This document shows positions 28,873-42,035 of a DNA stretch of 64,000 bases, piece by piece. The stretch comes from Octopus vulgaris. Its lineage: Eukaryota. Below the pieces are notes generated by a model. The model was not told the DNA's origin. It worked only from the letters and a program-made list of their open reading frames with translations, and searched no databases. A program made the translations under genes and the position numbers. Each line of letters opens with the position of its first letter. Within the stretch, counting starts at the first letter, position 1. The DNA is taken from the NCBI GenBank assembly GCA_951406725.2, contig OX597819.1:39494001-39558000 (forward strand), given 5' to 3'.

Positions 28873-29267
28873 TTTACGAAAAAAACAAAAGACGAAGACA
28901 GGTGGTGTACAAAACAAACAGATGAATTAGTATAACGCTCAGGAATAGAAAAAGTCTTTTACGTTTTGAGCCTACGCTTGTCTACAGAAAGGGACACAGA
29001 AAAAACAAGGAGAGAAACAAGGAGAGAAAATAATGTGTGTAGTGGCTAACGATATAAAAAAAAATGTGTAGTCGCCATGAGAGATCGTTAGCCACTACAC
29101 ACATCTTTTTTCTCTCCTTGTTTCTCTCGTTTTTTTTTCTGTGTCCCTTTCTGTAAAAGAGCGTAGGCTCGAAACGTAAAAGACCTTTTCCTATTCCTTA
29201 GCATTATACTAATACAGCTGTTTGTTTTGTACACCACCTGTCTTCGTCTTTCGTTTTTTTTCGTAAA
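28873..29267. mobile_element. Inverted pair of family E pLTR-like repeats
   Basis: 28873-29053 is an imperfect reverse complement of 29084-29267. Confidence 0.78.
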
Positions 29268-29421
<154 letters not shown>

Positions 29422-30151
29422 GTTTAAATATTTGTTGTGCAAGATTTTTTATGTGAAGTCGTGTGTTGAAACAGATATTGTTATATTTCGGAATGGTCAT
29501 ATTGCCAGTTTAGCCAATAAAAACACACGCACTATATATTTGGTGTTATTTTGCTTCAGTGATATTTATTTTTTACATTAATCTTAATCTTATTTCGGCC
29601 AAAGTTCTTTCGTCACACTCCTGTGACCGCATCAGTGGTCCTTTGTTTTCTTCTCACTTACTTGTGTCTCTCCTTACTAACCGTCAGCCATTTTATATTT
29701 CTATTGTATGTCTTCATTTGCGCATGTTTATATCTCTATGTGCGTCTATGTTTATTTAGTGTGTGTGTGGGGGGGATGCCTGTAATATTTGTATCTTCTG
29801 GTTATATACATTCTTGTAATTTGTATTTTGTTTTTGTTGTTGTTGCTTTTGTTCTAATTTTGTTCATGTGTTTACATCCACCCATTATTATCATTACATA
29901 TGCTTGTATGTATGTATAACAACAATATTAGTAATAATAATAATAAATCTAATGGAAAAAAAAAAAAAAAAAAAGGAATATACATATACATATATATATA
30001 TACATACACATACATATACATATATATATATATATATACATATACACACACATATATACACATATACATATACATATACATATATATAGATATTCATTTC
30101 TATTTCTTTAATTACCTGTGTATTTATTATGTTTGCAGGATCCACTATTGT

Positions 30152-30581
30152 CATATGTTGTGGTGTACGCTATTGCTCCATTCTAGTTTTCTATTCAGGC
30201 TAGGTTTATTTTCTATTATATGTGTAGCTTCTGTAATTTGTCTAATTGTTGCATCTGTTCTATGTGTGGACAATATCTTAATCTCTATGTTATTGATTGA
30301 TCCCCCGTGTTCTTGTTCGGCGTGTTGGTACAGAATCGATGAGCTTTTACCTTCCTTGAGTTGTCTCCAATGTTCATTTACCCGCTCACCAATGCTCTTG
30401 CAGTTTCCCCTACGTATGTTACTGTCTTGTTACTGCATCGTCCCTCTATACATCTTATACTATAGACCACATTTCTGGCTTTACAGTTCGTTTGTGGGCT
30501 AAATCTACATACAGTGCAATAGTTATCCGTACAGAGAGTTCTACTAAAAGGATAGCTTCTACCAATTATAGATCTGATAAT
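30152..30581 (-). pseudogene. PLE GIY-YIG endonuclease C-terminus with one frameshift
   Basis: CTDNYCTVC...[31 protein letters not shown]/[fs][11 protein letters not shown]...[10 protein letters not shown]...[22 protein letters not shown]. Confidence 0.88.
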
Positions 30582-30853
30582 AATGTCACATTCGTCGTGG
30601 AAAGCATGCGAAATAACCTGGAAAAGAAAAACAAAACCCACGAAACAAAACACCGTTGCTGAGAATCTCAGACTTTCCCAAAAGGTCACGCGTAAACTAG
30701 TCTATGTGTGTGTGTGTGTGTATACATATAAAGGAGTAAATAAACATAGACGCACATAGAGATATAAACATGCGCAAATGAAGACATACAATAGAAATAT
30801 AAAATGGCTGACGGTTAGTAAGGAGAGACACAAGTAAGTGAGAAGAAAACAAA

Positions 30854-30898
30854 GGACCACTGATGCGGTCACAGGAGTGTGACGAAAGAACTTTGGCC
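30854..30898 (+). ncRNA. Hammerhead-like motif in the PLE pLTR (A9C variant); mirror copy at about 29597-29641 on the minus strand
   Basis: GGACCA-CTGATGC-G-GTCAC-aggagt-GTGAC-GAAA-GAAC-TT-TGGCC. Confidence 0.55.
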
Positions 30899-31016
30899 GA
30901 AATAAGATTAAGATTAATGTAAAAAATAAATATCACTGAAGCAAAATAACACCAAATATATAGTGCGTGTGTTTTTATTGGCTAAACTGGCAATATGACC
31001 ATTCCGAAATATAACA

Positions 31017-31138
<122 letters not shown>

Positions 31139-31139
31139 A

Positions 31140-31430
31140 TGTGGAAGTGCAATGGTCCAGTGGTTAGGGCAGCGGACTCACGGTCGTAGGATCGCGGCTT
31201 CGCTTCCCAGACCGGGCGTTGTGAGTGTTTATTGAGCGAAAACACCAAAAAGCTCCACGAGGCTCCGGCAGGGGGTGGTGATCCCTGCTGTACTCTTTCA
31301 CCACTCTTTCTCTCACACTTTCTTTGTTTGCCTGCTGGCGTCATTCGAAGGCTAAAACAATGCGAACGCATTGTGACCAGCGATTTGTAACTACATCTGA
31401 TGGTCTGGTCGGTCACGTGATCACGTGATA
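31140..31430 (+). mobile_element. SINE family C
   Basis: Consensus match. Confidence 0.85.
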
Positions 31431-31662
31431 GAATATATATATATATATATATACTCTTTACTCTTTTACTCCTTTATATGTATACACACACACACACACA
31501 CATAGACTAGTTTACGCGTGACCTTTTGGGAAAGTCTGAGATTCTCAGCAACGGTGTTTTGTTTCGTGGGTTTTGTTTTTCTTTTCCAGGTTATTTCGCA
31601 TGCTTTCCACGACGAATGTGACATTGAAATCACGCGTAAACGGATCCTGTCCCCAGTAAAGG

Positions 31663-31781
31663 AAAGATTTGGCTGCTATTTCTTGCATGCCCTGCAACCA
31701 CATAACAGGTATTTCGGGTCCTTTATCGCAAATAACCGTTACATTGTAGCCGGGCGTGCTAGAAATAACAGCCAAATCTTT
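31663..31781. other. Imperfect ~119-nt hairpin (pre-miRNA/hpRNA-like candidate)
   Basis: AAAGATTTGGCTGCTATTTCTTGCATGCCCTGC pairs with GCCGGGCGTGCTAGAAATAACAGCCAAATCTTT; inner TAACAGGTATTTCG pairs with CGCAAATAACCGTTA. Confidence 0.6.
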
Positions 31782-31837
31782 GGAGCTGGGATCTGTTGAA
31801 TGCACCCCCAAAAAGTTTTGTAACGGTATTCCCTTGG

Positions 31838-32052
31838 GGCAATCTTTCGCTTTGACTCTCAGAACTGTCATTCGTATCAGCTGGTTTCGTTAATTTCCGT
31901 AATTTGTTTTTATTTATTTAATTTTGTTTTAAAGTGAATGAGAAGAGAAAGTGAAAGATTTATGAAAGTGTATATGATGTATGCGCATGTATGTGTGTCT
32001 GCATGAGAGGGAGAGAGAGAGTACGACTTACACATACATGAGAACACACACG

Positions 32053-32097
<45 letters not shown>

Positions 32098-32389
32098 ACA
32101 CACATGCACACGTACGTACAAAAGAGATGTACGCATATATATTGATGTATGTACGTATACATAACAACACACCCATTCACTCACTCTTTTCTTCTCTATC
32201 TTTTTTCTCTCTTTTTTCTCTCTCTTCCTCTTTCTCTTTGTCTCTCTCTCCCTCTTTCACACACACGTCCATTTCATATACACGCACATGTATCTTTCAC
32301 TTTCTCTTCTCTTTCACTTTAAAACAAAAATAAATAAATAAAAAAAATACGGAAATTAACGAACTCCGGATGACAAGCGAAAGATCGCC
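31838..32389. repeat. Diverged long inverted repeat (arms ~31838-32020 / ~32215-32389)
   Basis: TTCGTTAATTTCCGTA...TTTTGTTTTAAAGTGAA.GAGAAGAGAAAGTGAAAGAT present on both strands. Confidence 0.75.
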
Positions 32390-32902
32390 ATTCACTTGAA
32401 AATAATTTTAAAAAACATTAAATTATTGTCTGCTTAGAGAAAGCTAAAACATAAATACTTACTGTACAAACAACTTACAATTTTGAAATGATATTCAGCT
32501 AAAGATATTTCTAAATGATTAAAGTATTGTGTACGTCAAAAAGTCGACTTTTTTACTTAGAAAGCTTGAAAACTATGTGTATGTATATGTCACAGATAGC
32601 AGACGTGTGTTTGTGTTGATTGACTGCCATGTGTGTTGACGTCATGGGGGCCATGTTTTTTTTCAAGCAATAACAAACAAAAATTGTGTTTAATCGTTTT
32701 CCTTAATAAACAGAGGTCCAAATATCACAAAACGTTGTACTGCACTGCCGAAGGTAAGTATCAAAATAAATATGCAAAAAGATAAGATTAAGATAAAATA
32801 TGCTATTTCTGAGATATTTTTGGTACACACAAACATCTCTAAAGTTTTATTATTGTTAAAATTATATATATATATATGAGTGTGTATGTTTGTGTATATA
32901 TG

Positions 32903-32933
<31 letters not shown>

Positions 32934-33104
32934 GTATACATATATATGTATACGCTCATGTGCAGGAGTCACTTTATTGTAAGAAGCTTGCTTTCCAACG
33001 ACATGGTTTCAGATTCAGTCCCACTGCGTGGTACCTTGGGTAAGTGTCTTCTACTAGAGCCTCGGGCTCACCAAAACCTTGTGAGTGGATTTGGTAGAAG
33101 CCGT

Positions 33105-33146
<42 letters not shown>

Positions 33147-33149
<3 letters not shown>

Positions 33150-33915
33150 CTGTCATCTGCCTGTTGGCTTCTCTCCTGCAACTCAACTTGATTTCGAGCC
33201 GGGTCGTCTGCTGCTGGAGAGGACCGACCAAGTAAATGACCTGGATATCTTGGTGGATTCTTCCTTTTGGCCTTCGGCCCAATGCGTCCATGCTGCCAAC
33301 AAAGCACGCGGAGTTCTGTTTTTGATTCGATGGTCATTCGGAATGCTCATAGCAGCCATATTCCTACAGCTCTATGTCACGCTGGTGAGACCCATATTGG
33401 AGTACGGGATTCAAGCCTCTTCTCCTTATTTCTTCAGAGACATACATCATCTCGAAAGAGTCCAGAAGCTGGCTACCCGCATGGTTCTTGGTCTCAAGCA
33501 TTTGTCTTATGAAGAAAAGCTGAAGACGCTCGACCTTTATTCTCTCGAAAAACGACGACGCCGTGGTGATCTCATTCTCGCTCGCAACATCATAAGCGGA
33601 AAGTGTAACCTTTCGAAAGAGCTGTTCTTCACTCCTGCTCCAGAGCATCGGCTGCGTGATCACTCCGAAAAGCTCTATCTACGACGATTTCATCTCAATC
33701 GAAGGAGAGGAGCTTTCTCTGTCCGGGTTGCGGATCCGTGGAATAAGCTGCCGGACGAGATAGCGAAGATGCCGACGACAGCTCGGTTCAAAGTCTCTAT
33801 TGACCAGAAATGGCCTGAACTCTTGGTATGACCACTCTCCCTGTACATAACTCCATATCCCCCTACATGGCCTTGATTTTGCTTTTTGAGCCAATAAAAA
33901 TTGAATTGAATTGAA
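33147..33915 (+). mobile_element. 5'-truncated CR1-clade LINE (RT C-terminus, ORF 33250-33831) with (ATTGA)n tail
   Basis: LYVTLVRPILEYG...LERVQKLATRMVLGLKHLSYEEKLKTLDLYSLEKRRRRGDLI...FSVRVADPWNKLP. Confidence 0.92.
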
Positions 33916-34007
33916 TATATCTTCTCTCTCTTCATCTCTTTATTCCTTTACTCCTCTCCTGTATGTCTTCATTTCATTAATCTATGACCTTTTCATTTTC
34001 CCTATTT

Positions 34008-34063
34008 GTCTCTGATGACGAAATATCCCATACTCTGGGATATCTCAGAAACAGCTGTAAGAC
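34008..34063 (+). ncRNA. Type I minimal hammerhead ribozyme with canonical core
   Basis: GTCT-CTGATGA-C-GAAATATCCCA-tactc-TGGGATATCTC-A-GAAA-C-AGCT-G-TA-AGAC; palindromic stem III; GUA triplet. Confidence 0.75.
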
Positions 34064-34369
34064 TGAATTTTTTACAATAATAATAATGTATATGAGTTGA
34101 GATGTTTACCTTGCCTTAACGTTTGTTGTTCTCTTTAACAATTAAATATAACCGCAAATTCACTCATAAACTTTTGGTCTGCCCAAGGCTATAATAAAGG
34201 ACACTTGCCAAGGTACCACGCTGTGGGACTGAACCAGGAACCAAACTGCTTACCACACAGCGACCCTGCAGATAGATGTTGGTACACAAGTAGACATAGA
34301 CAGGCAGACAGACAAATAACTATCTAGCTAGATAGATAGATAGAGTGACAGATAAACAGACAGACAGAC

Positions 34370-34427
<58 letters not shown>

Positions 34428-34509
34428 GTAGATAGATAGATAGGTAGGTAGGTAGATAGATAGATAAGTAGGTAGGTAGATAGATAGATACATATATAGT
34501 TATACAGAC

Positions 34510-34584
<75 letters not shown>

Positions 34585-34621
34585 CAGATGTTTGTTGAGG
34601 ACGATGTGAAAAGATTATGAT

Positions 34622-34856
34622 ATATTTATTTCTTTACCACCCACAAGGGGCTAAACACAGAGGGGACAAACAAGGACAGACACACGGATTAAGTCGATTA
34701 TATCGACTCCAGCGCGTAACTGGTACTTAATTTATCGACCCCGAAAAATGAAGGCAAAGTCGACCTCGGCAGAATTTGAACCCAGAACGTAACGGCAGAC
34801 GAAATACGGCAACGCATTTCGCCCGGCGCGCTAACGTTTCTGCCAACTCGCCGCCT
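34622..34856 (-). mobile_element. SINE family B
   Basis: Consensus match. Confidence 0.85.
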
Positions 34857-34975
34857 TTTTAGATTATGATATATCGGTTTAACGGAGATTTCAACAGTTC
34901 TAATTCTCTCACATTCTCAAAGTTGCCTAATGGAGTATGCTTCCTCCTAATCTTATCACATGGCATTAAACTATG

Positions 34976-35050
<75 letters not shown>

Positions 35051-35283
35051 ACCTATCTCCCCCTCCTCTATCTTCCTCATTCATGAATCTTCTCACTAGG
35101 TTCATACATACATACATACATACATACATACATACATACATACATACATACATACATACATACATACATACACATACATACATATTTATAAATGTATGTA
35201 TCCCTTCTTTCCTGAGCGTCCAATAATACTTTATTTGTTCCACATCCTTGCGTTGTTGTCTTTTTGTTTTCTTGCTTGGATTA

Positions 35284-35326
<43 letters not shown>

Positions 35327-35488
35327 TATTGTGTCTGGGGAGAGTCATTCGTTTTAATGCCTTATTAAACACAAAAATACAAAGACGAAATATATATATA
35401 TACATACATAATTATTTATATATTCATTTATGCGCGTGTGTATATGTGTATATATGTATATATCTATGTGTATATGTGCGTGTGTGTG

Positions 35489-35549
<61 letters not shown>

Positions 35550-35837
35550 GGTTAATGAAAGACAAAGATCGAAGAGAGAGTGAGAAAGAAAGAGAGAGAA
35601 ATTCATAGTGTGTACACCCTCACACACACACACATATATATATATATATAAGTATTCATTATATATTATATACATATATACAAATCATATACATATTGTA
35701 TATACACATTATGTATATATAATATACATATTCATTAATGCATATATCTTATGTATATACTCACACACACATATATGTTTGTATGTATGTTTGTACGTAT
35801 GTATGTATGTATTTATGTATGTATGTATGTATGTATG

Positions 35838-35887
<50 letters not shown>

Positions 35888-37523
35888 TATATATATATAT
35901 ATTCATATACAGACAAATAAATATATTTATATTCATATATATACGTATGTATGCACATACGTGTGCATATTTGTATGTATGCGTGTATATATATGCTTGC
36001 CTATTTACAAACATACACACGCATATATTTCGAGTATTCGAGAGTTTATATCCAACTGATTGATTAATTGGTAGGCATGTAATTTGTTGATGTACGCTAC
36101 TTTTCTCATGACAGAATTAAAGTAGAAAGCAACGGGGGATAAAAGTCTAGTTGAAGAACATACAAAGTCCTGCCAGAAAATCAGATGACGACTCGTTGTT
36201 TTCTTCCTTTAATACCAAAATTACATTTGATTTTTCTTTTAACGCCGCCATTCTCTTAAAAATGCGAAACAAAAACTCCGATAAATTCTTGATAGTAAAC
36301 GACAAAGATGTATCGAAGAATCTATTTCGAAATCTGCATCCGCCATCATGAAGGACGTGACAGTGGAAACAGAGGTTCTCGCCAAGATAACCTACGTATG
36401 CCTACTAGCACGACAGTCGTGACAAATTGCCGTAAAACGAATATTTTTCAAGAAGTAGTAAGCAATTAGTTGTCAACGAACGTTTTAAATTAATTCTTAA
36501 CTCTTTTATATTTTGCTGTTACTGTTGTTGGCGTCATCATTGTTGTTGAGGTTGTTACCGTTTTATTTTTATTTATTCCTTTTGTTGTGATTGATGCATT
36601 TTATTGTTAGTCGTCTTAGTTTTGCTTTTTCTTCTTATTGGTATTACTTTTCATTTGTAGTTGTTCTTGTTCTTTTTACTTTTCAAAAATTTTAATGAGA
36701 ATGGTGATGGATGGTGAAATTGGTGTTGTTAGTAATGAAATTCAATCAGTTGGAATCCATCATTCTTGGAAATTCTTCGTTTACGTTTTCTTGCTAATTA
36801 CCACCAACGACCACCTGCAGTTATTGTTTTAATTTTATTCTTCATACGCATCAATATACACTCACAAAAAAAAGTGTTTTCTTCTAATTATAGTAATTCA
36901 ATTTTACTGCTTACAAAGTTTTACCAGCCTAATACCGGTGATCGGAGTTCAATTCCTAGGCTTTTTGCAAAACACACACACACACCCACACACACACACA
37001 TACACATGTATATAGATACACATATGCGTGACCGAGTGGCTGGGCTGTTACACTCACGATCGCTGAAAAGCATTTCGCCCATCTTTACGTTCTGAGTTCA
37101 AATTGCGCCGAGGTCGACTTTACCTTTCATACTCCCGGTGTCGATCCGATAAGAACTAGTTGATCACTAGGGTCGCTGCAATCGACTTACCCCGTCCTCC
37201 GAAATTCCTGGCCTTGTGCCAAAAGTTGAATTCAAAATTTTAAGCACTTTAATTCTTGTGAACAAAGTAAAATGCCCTAAAAGAAAAAAAAAAAGAAAAG
37301 AAAGGAGAAAGAAACTAATTCTCATCTTGTGTTTTAAAGTTAGGTTTTATAGTAATGTGACTGAGGAAAAAAAATATATTGAACGCCAATCACCTCACAA
37401 AGTGTCCTTGGGGAACCTTTCGGGGCACTATGATTTTGTTAACCCATCGCTTCCCATAGTCTTTAAAATGACTAGCTAATAAGGCCGTATCGTTGATAGC
37501 TGTAGCAGAAAGAAGAGACAATG

Positions 37524-37688
<165 letters not shown>

Positions 37689-37771
37689 ATTCAAACAAGA
37701 AAGCACAAAAAAACACAACATGGAACAAATATAGTATTATTGGACGCTCAGGAAAGAAGGAAAGAAAGAGG

Positions 37772-37806
37772 GTTTAACGTTTCGAGCGGAGCTCTTCGTC
37801 GGAAAC
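37772..37806 (-). ncRNA. Minimal hammerhead ribozyme (U4C) in a family E-related repeat (37685-37840)
   Basis: Minus strand GTTT-CCGACGA-A-GAGC-TCC-GCTC-GAAA-CG-TT-AAAC. Confidence 0.68.
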
Positions 37807-37839
37807 ATAGAAATAGGAAAGATCCAGAGAAGGGAAGAC

Positions 37840-37899
<60 letters not shown>

Positions 37900-37929
37900 T
37901 GTCTCTTCTTTCTGCTACAGATGGAACTT

Positions 37930-37977
<48 letters not shown>

Positions 37978-38120
37978 AACTACTGAGGTTGGTAACTTGA
38001 GATGCCGATTTGGAAGTGTCTTAACTATAAATAGCCTCGTTAATTATTATTCAGAGCAATGATTCTCAAACAGTGTGCTGTAGCACATTGATGTACTGTA
38101 AGAAGTAGCCAAGTCCGCTG

Positions 38121-38333
38121 CCAATTTTTAATATATCTAAGGCTATAGAAAATCCATACTAATGATTGAGTGTCTTGAAAAACATCTTTCTCATTTGCTA
38201 TGGAGAAATAGGATTTATAAAAGAAGGTAAGCAATAACTTTTTTACTTTTATTCAAGATTAACATTTCTTCCATATAGGCGTGGCTGTGTGGTAAGAAGC
38301 TTGCTTCTCAACTATACGGTTTCAGGTTCAGTC
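38121..38333 (+). repeat. ~210-bp segment duplicated at 42059-42270
   Basis: Collinear diverged direct repeat including unique flank and SINE A head. Confidence 0.85.
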
Positions 38334-38451
38334 CCACTGCGTGGTACCTTTAGCAAGTGTCTTCTACTATAGCATCGGGACGAGCAAAGCCTTGGGAGTA
38401 GATTTGGTAGACGGAAGCTGAAAAAAGGCCGTCGCATATATATATATATAC

Positions 38452-38565
<114 letters not shown>

Positions 38566-38660
38566 CCTGAGCGTCAAATAATACTTTAATTGTTCCACGT
38601 CCTCGCGTTGCTGTTTTTTTCTGTGTTTTCTTGTTTGGATTAACTTTATATATACATATA

Positions 38661-38728
<68 letters not shown>

Positions 38729-39159
38729 CATATAGACGTGTATGTAACAAATAAATTAATCTAATCATAGATATTGTAGTCGCATTTCTTATCTAGTCCC
38801 ATGTCTGTCTTGATCGAGCAGACATGATAAAAAAATATTCTAGCTGTGGCCATCCGTATTTTTTTCAGACAATGTCTTATCTAGAACTACATTATTATAT
38901 AATATAACGAAATTATTGTATACAGTGCTCAGGTGCACTACATCATTAAGTCCTTCCTTATTCAGTAAGTCCTTCCTTTTTCAGGATGATAGGATGTGTT
39001 ATGAAGGACAGTTAACTGCTATTTCTACCAGGTCAAGCGATCACATAGAGACTTAGCTCGATACTAACCATGACTGCTGAGAAAAGTGGTACACTCAGCT
39101 ACATACACTTCCTCGAGATAGAGACAAAGTGGTTTTATAGTCTTGTAGAGCCAACGATA

Positions 39160-39668
39160 AGGAGGCGCAATGGCCCAGTGGTAGGGCAGCAGACTCGCGG
39201 TTGTGGGATCGCGGTTTCGATTCCCAGACCGAGCATTGTGAGTGTTTATTGAGCGAAAACACCTAAAGATCCATGAGGCTCCGGCAGGGGGTGGTGGTGA
39301 ACCCTGATGTACTCTTTCACCACAACTTTCTCTCACTCTTTCTTCCTGTTTCTGTTTTACCCGTATTTTAAAGGGGCCAGCTTTGTCACACTCTGTGTCA
39401 CGCTTAATCTCCCCGAGAACTACGTTAAGGATACACGTGTCTGTGGAGTGCTCAGCCACTTGCACGTTAATAAATGAGCTGCGACGTCACTGGTGCCAAG
39501 CTGTATCGGCCCCTTTGCCTTTCCCTTGGATAACATCGGTGGCGTGGAGGGGGGGGGCTGGTATGCGTGGGAAGCTGCTGGTCTTCCATAAACAACTTTA
39601 CCTGGACTTGTGCCTCGGAGGGTAACTTTCTAGGTGCAATCCCATGGTCATTCATGACCGAAGGGAGT
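39160..39668 (+). mobile_element. Chimeric SINE: family C head with family D tail
   Basis: 5' part matches family C; 39470-39668 matches the reverse complement of 686-885. Confidence 0.78.
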
Positions 39669-40666
39669 CACACACAAAAAAAAGAGCCAACGATGAATTT
39701 CATGATCCCGGAGTCAAGAAAATACATACCAGTAATTCACAGCAGTCGATTCATATTCCTACACCCCGTTCCTTATAAAGATCGCATGCTAACTCATACT
39801 AACAAAAAGAAATTCTTTCGTTGTTCTTTAGTTCTTCTTTTCTCACATTCCCTTTTATTCCCACCTCCAGCGATATTTTCATTGCTGTCACGCTTTATTC
39901 CCACATCCATTTAATCCTTTTAGTTTTCTAGCTCAACCCTTTTCACCTTCTACCCGTAAAATATTAACAACCACACGCCATTACGGCTTTATTATTTCTC
40001 AGCATCATTTACCACTTGAATGTTTATTACTTATAATAGTTTAAACAATATCCCCTGTTTTTCTAATGCTTGTCTCCCTTGAAATAAACTACTTAAAAAA
40101 AATTTTTGTTTATCTCTTTTTCATTTCCCAATAACTTTACCTTAAAATTTAATCTTGTGTTTGTATTCTTCCCTATTTAGTTCTATTATAGTTTAAATTT
40201 CATATTCCATGCTTCAATCATTGCTTTTCTTTTCCTTTTATCAACGCTATCGATTCATATCCAAAAGAGAATCCCAATTGTTTTAACCGTTTAATATTTC
40301 TTTTTTCTATATTTCTAACATTTTCTCTATTACTCACGAAAACATTGTTAACAGCATCATTCTTTATGCTTTGCACATCTCTGTCTGGATTCAGTTATTC
40401 GTGTTCAAATGGCAATAATCAACCATAGAGAAAAGGTTAATGATTCCCTGAAGATCTTGGAAAATTTCCTCCGGTGATATAGGATAGAAATTCAACTTTA
40501 AAATAGTACAAATGCGAATAAGATAAAAAAGAAAAGTAAATGAAAATGATAACTCCATAGCAGTCGTTGTTCTTTCAACAAAGGAAATAATGAGTCGTTG
40601 AATGCTCATTGTTTATGTACGAGGTTTCAGATATTAGTATTTTATAAAGGAAAGTAAACAAGCACC

Positions 40667-40698
<32 letters not shown>

Positions 40699-40927
40699 TG
40701 TATGTATGTATGTATGTATGTATGTATGTATGTATGTATGTATGTATGTATGTGTGAGTGTGTATGTATGTTTGTATGTATGTATGTGCCTGTATGCATT
40801 CGTATGTATATAGGTATATATATCCGCATTCATACATATATGTATATATATAGGTAAATATATGATCGTATGCATGAATATATACATACTTATTTTACAT
40901 ATGTATGTGTATATATGTATGTGCGTG

Positions 40928-40977
<50 letters not shown>

Positions 40978-41014
40978 TATAAAAACATACATATATTACG
41001 TTATATATATATAT

Positions 41015-41053
<39 letters not shown>

Positions 41054-41470
41054 CATAAATGTATAGACGTATGAAATTATATATATGTATATATATATAT
41101 ATATATACGCATACAAATACATAAATACACGCATGTATACATAATACATACATACAAACATACATACATACATACATACATACATACATACATACATACA
41201 TACATACATACATACATACATACATACATAAGTCACATATCGCGAAGCAGCAGGATGCTTCAGCATGTAACAGGCAAAATACGATTGTCACACATTTTCA
41301 ATTAATAAATAATTCTAAGGTGATTAAACAAAATCATATCTCCAAACCATTTGCATTCATTGTTCAAATTTCTGTCCAAATAATACATACATGCATACAT
41401 TCATACACACATACATGCATACATAGATATATATGTATAACATACATATATACATTCATACATGCATATG

Positions 41471-41583
<113 letters not shown>

Positions 41584-41814
41584 CATGATGCATATTCCCA
41601 TTGTTTGGAAATTCTATAAATGTCTCTGGTTTTATATACATTCGTGTCTATATAGAAATTTATAAACGAAGATGGCTTCGATAAAGGCACGGTGCATGAC
41701 AATGTGATGTTGAGCCAGTATTCGGGAATTAAAAGGAAATGAGTTCAAATTTTACTGTCAGTGTGTTCATCTTCAGGTAAAGTGTCCTTAATATAATATG
41801 CATTAGTCTCACAC

Positions 41815-42035
41815 GGCGGCGAGCTGGCAGAATCGTTAGCACACCGAGCGAAATGCTTAGCAAGCATTTCGTCCGTCTTTACTTACTTACTGAGTTCAAA
41901 TTTATCCCCGGAGTCGCCTCTACCTTTTATGTTTTCGGGGGCCGATTAAATAAGTTGAACTCTGGTGATCGATGTAATCGACTTACCCCCTCCCCCAAAA
42001 CTGCTGGTCTTGTGCTAAAATTTGAAATCAATATA
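41815..42035 (+). mobile_element. SINE family B (diverged)
   Basis: Consensus match. Confidence 0.75.

Noticed and set aside
29900-30502. 200-aa plus-strand ORF
   Set aside because: Antisense shadow of the PLE endonuclease remnant plus microsatellite
31140-31215. tRNA-like sequences at SINE heads
   Set aside because: Continue into SINE bodies and lack a complete cloverleaf; not tRNA genes
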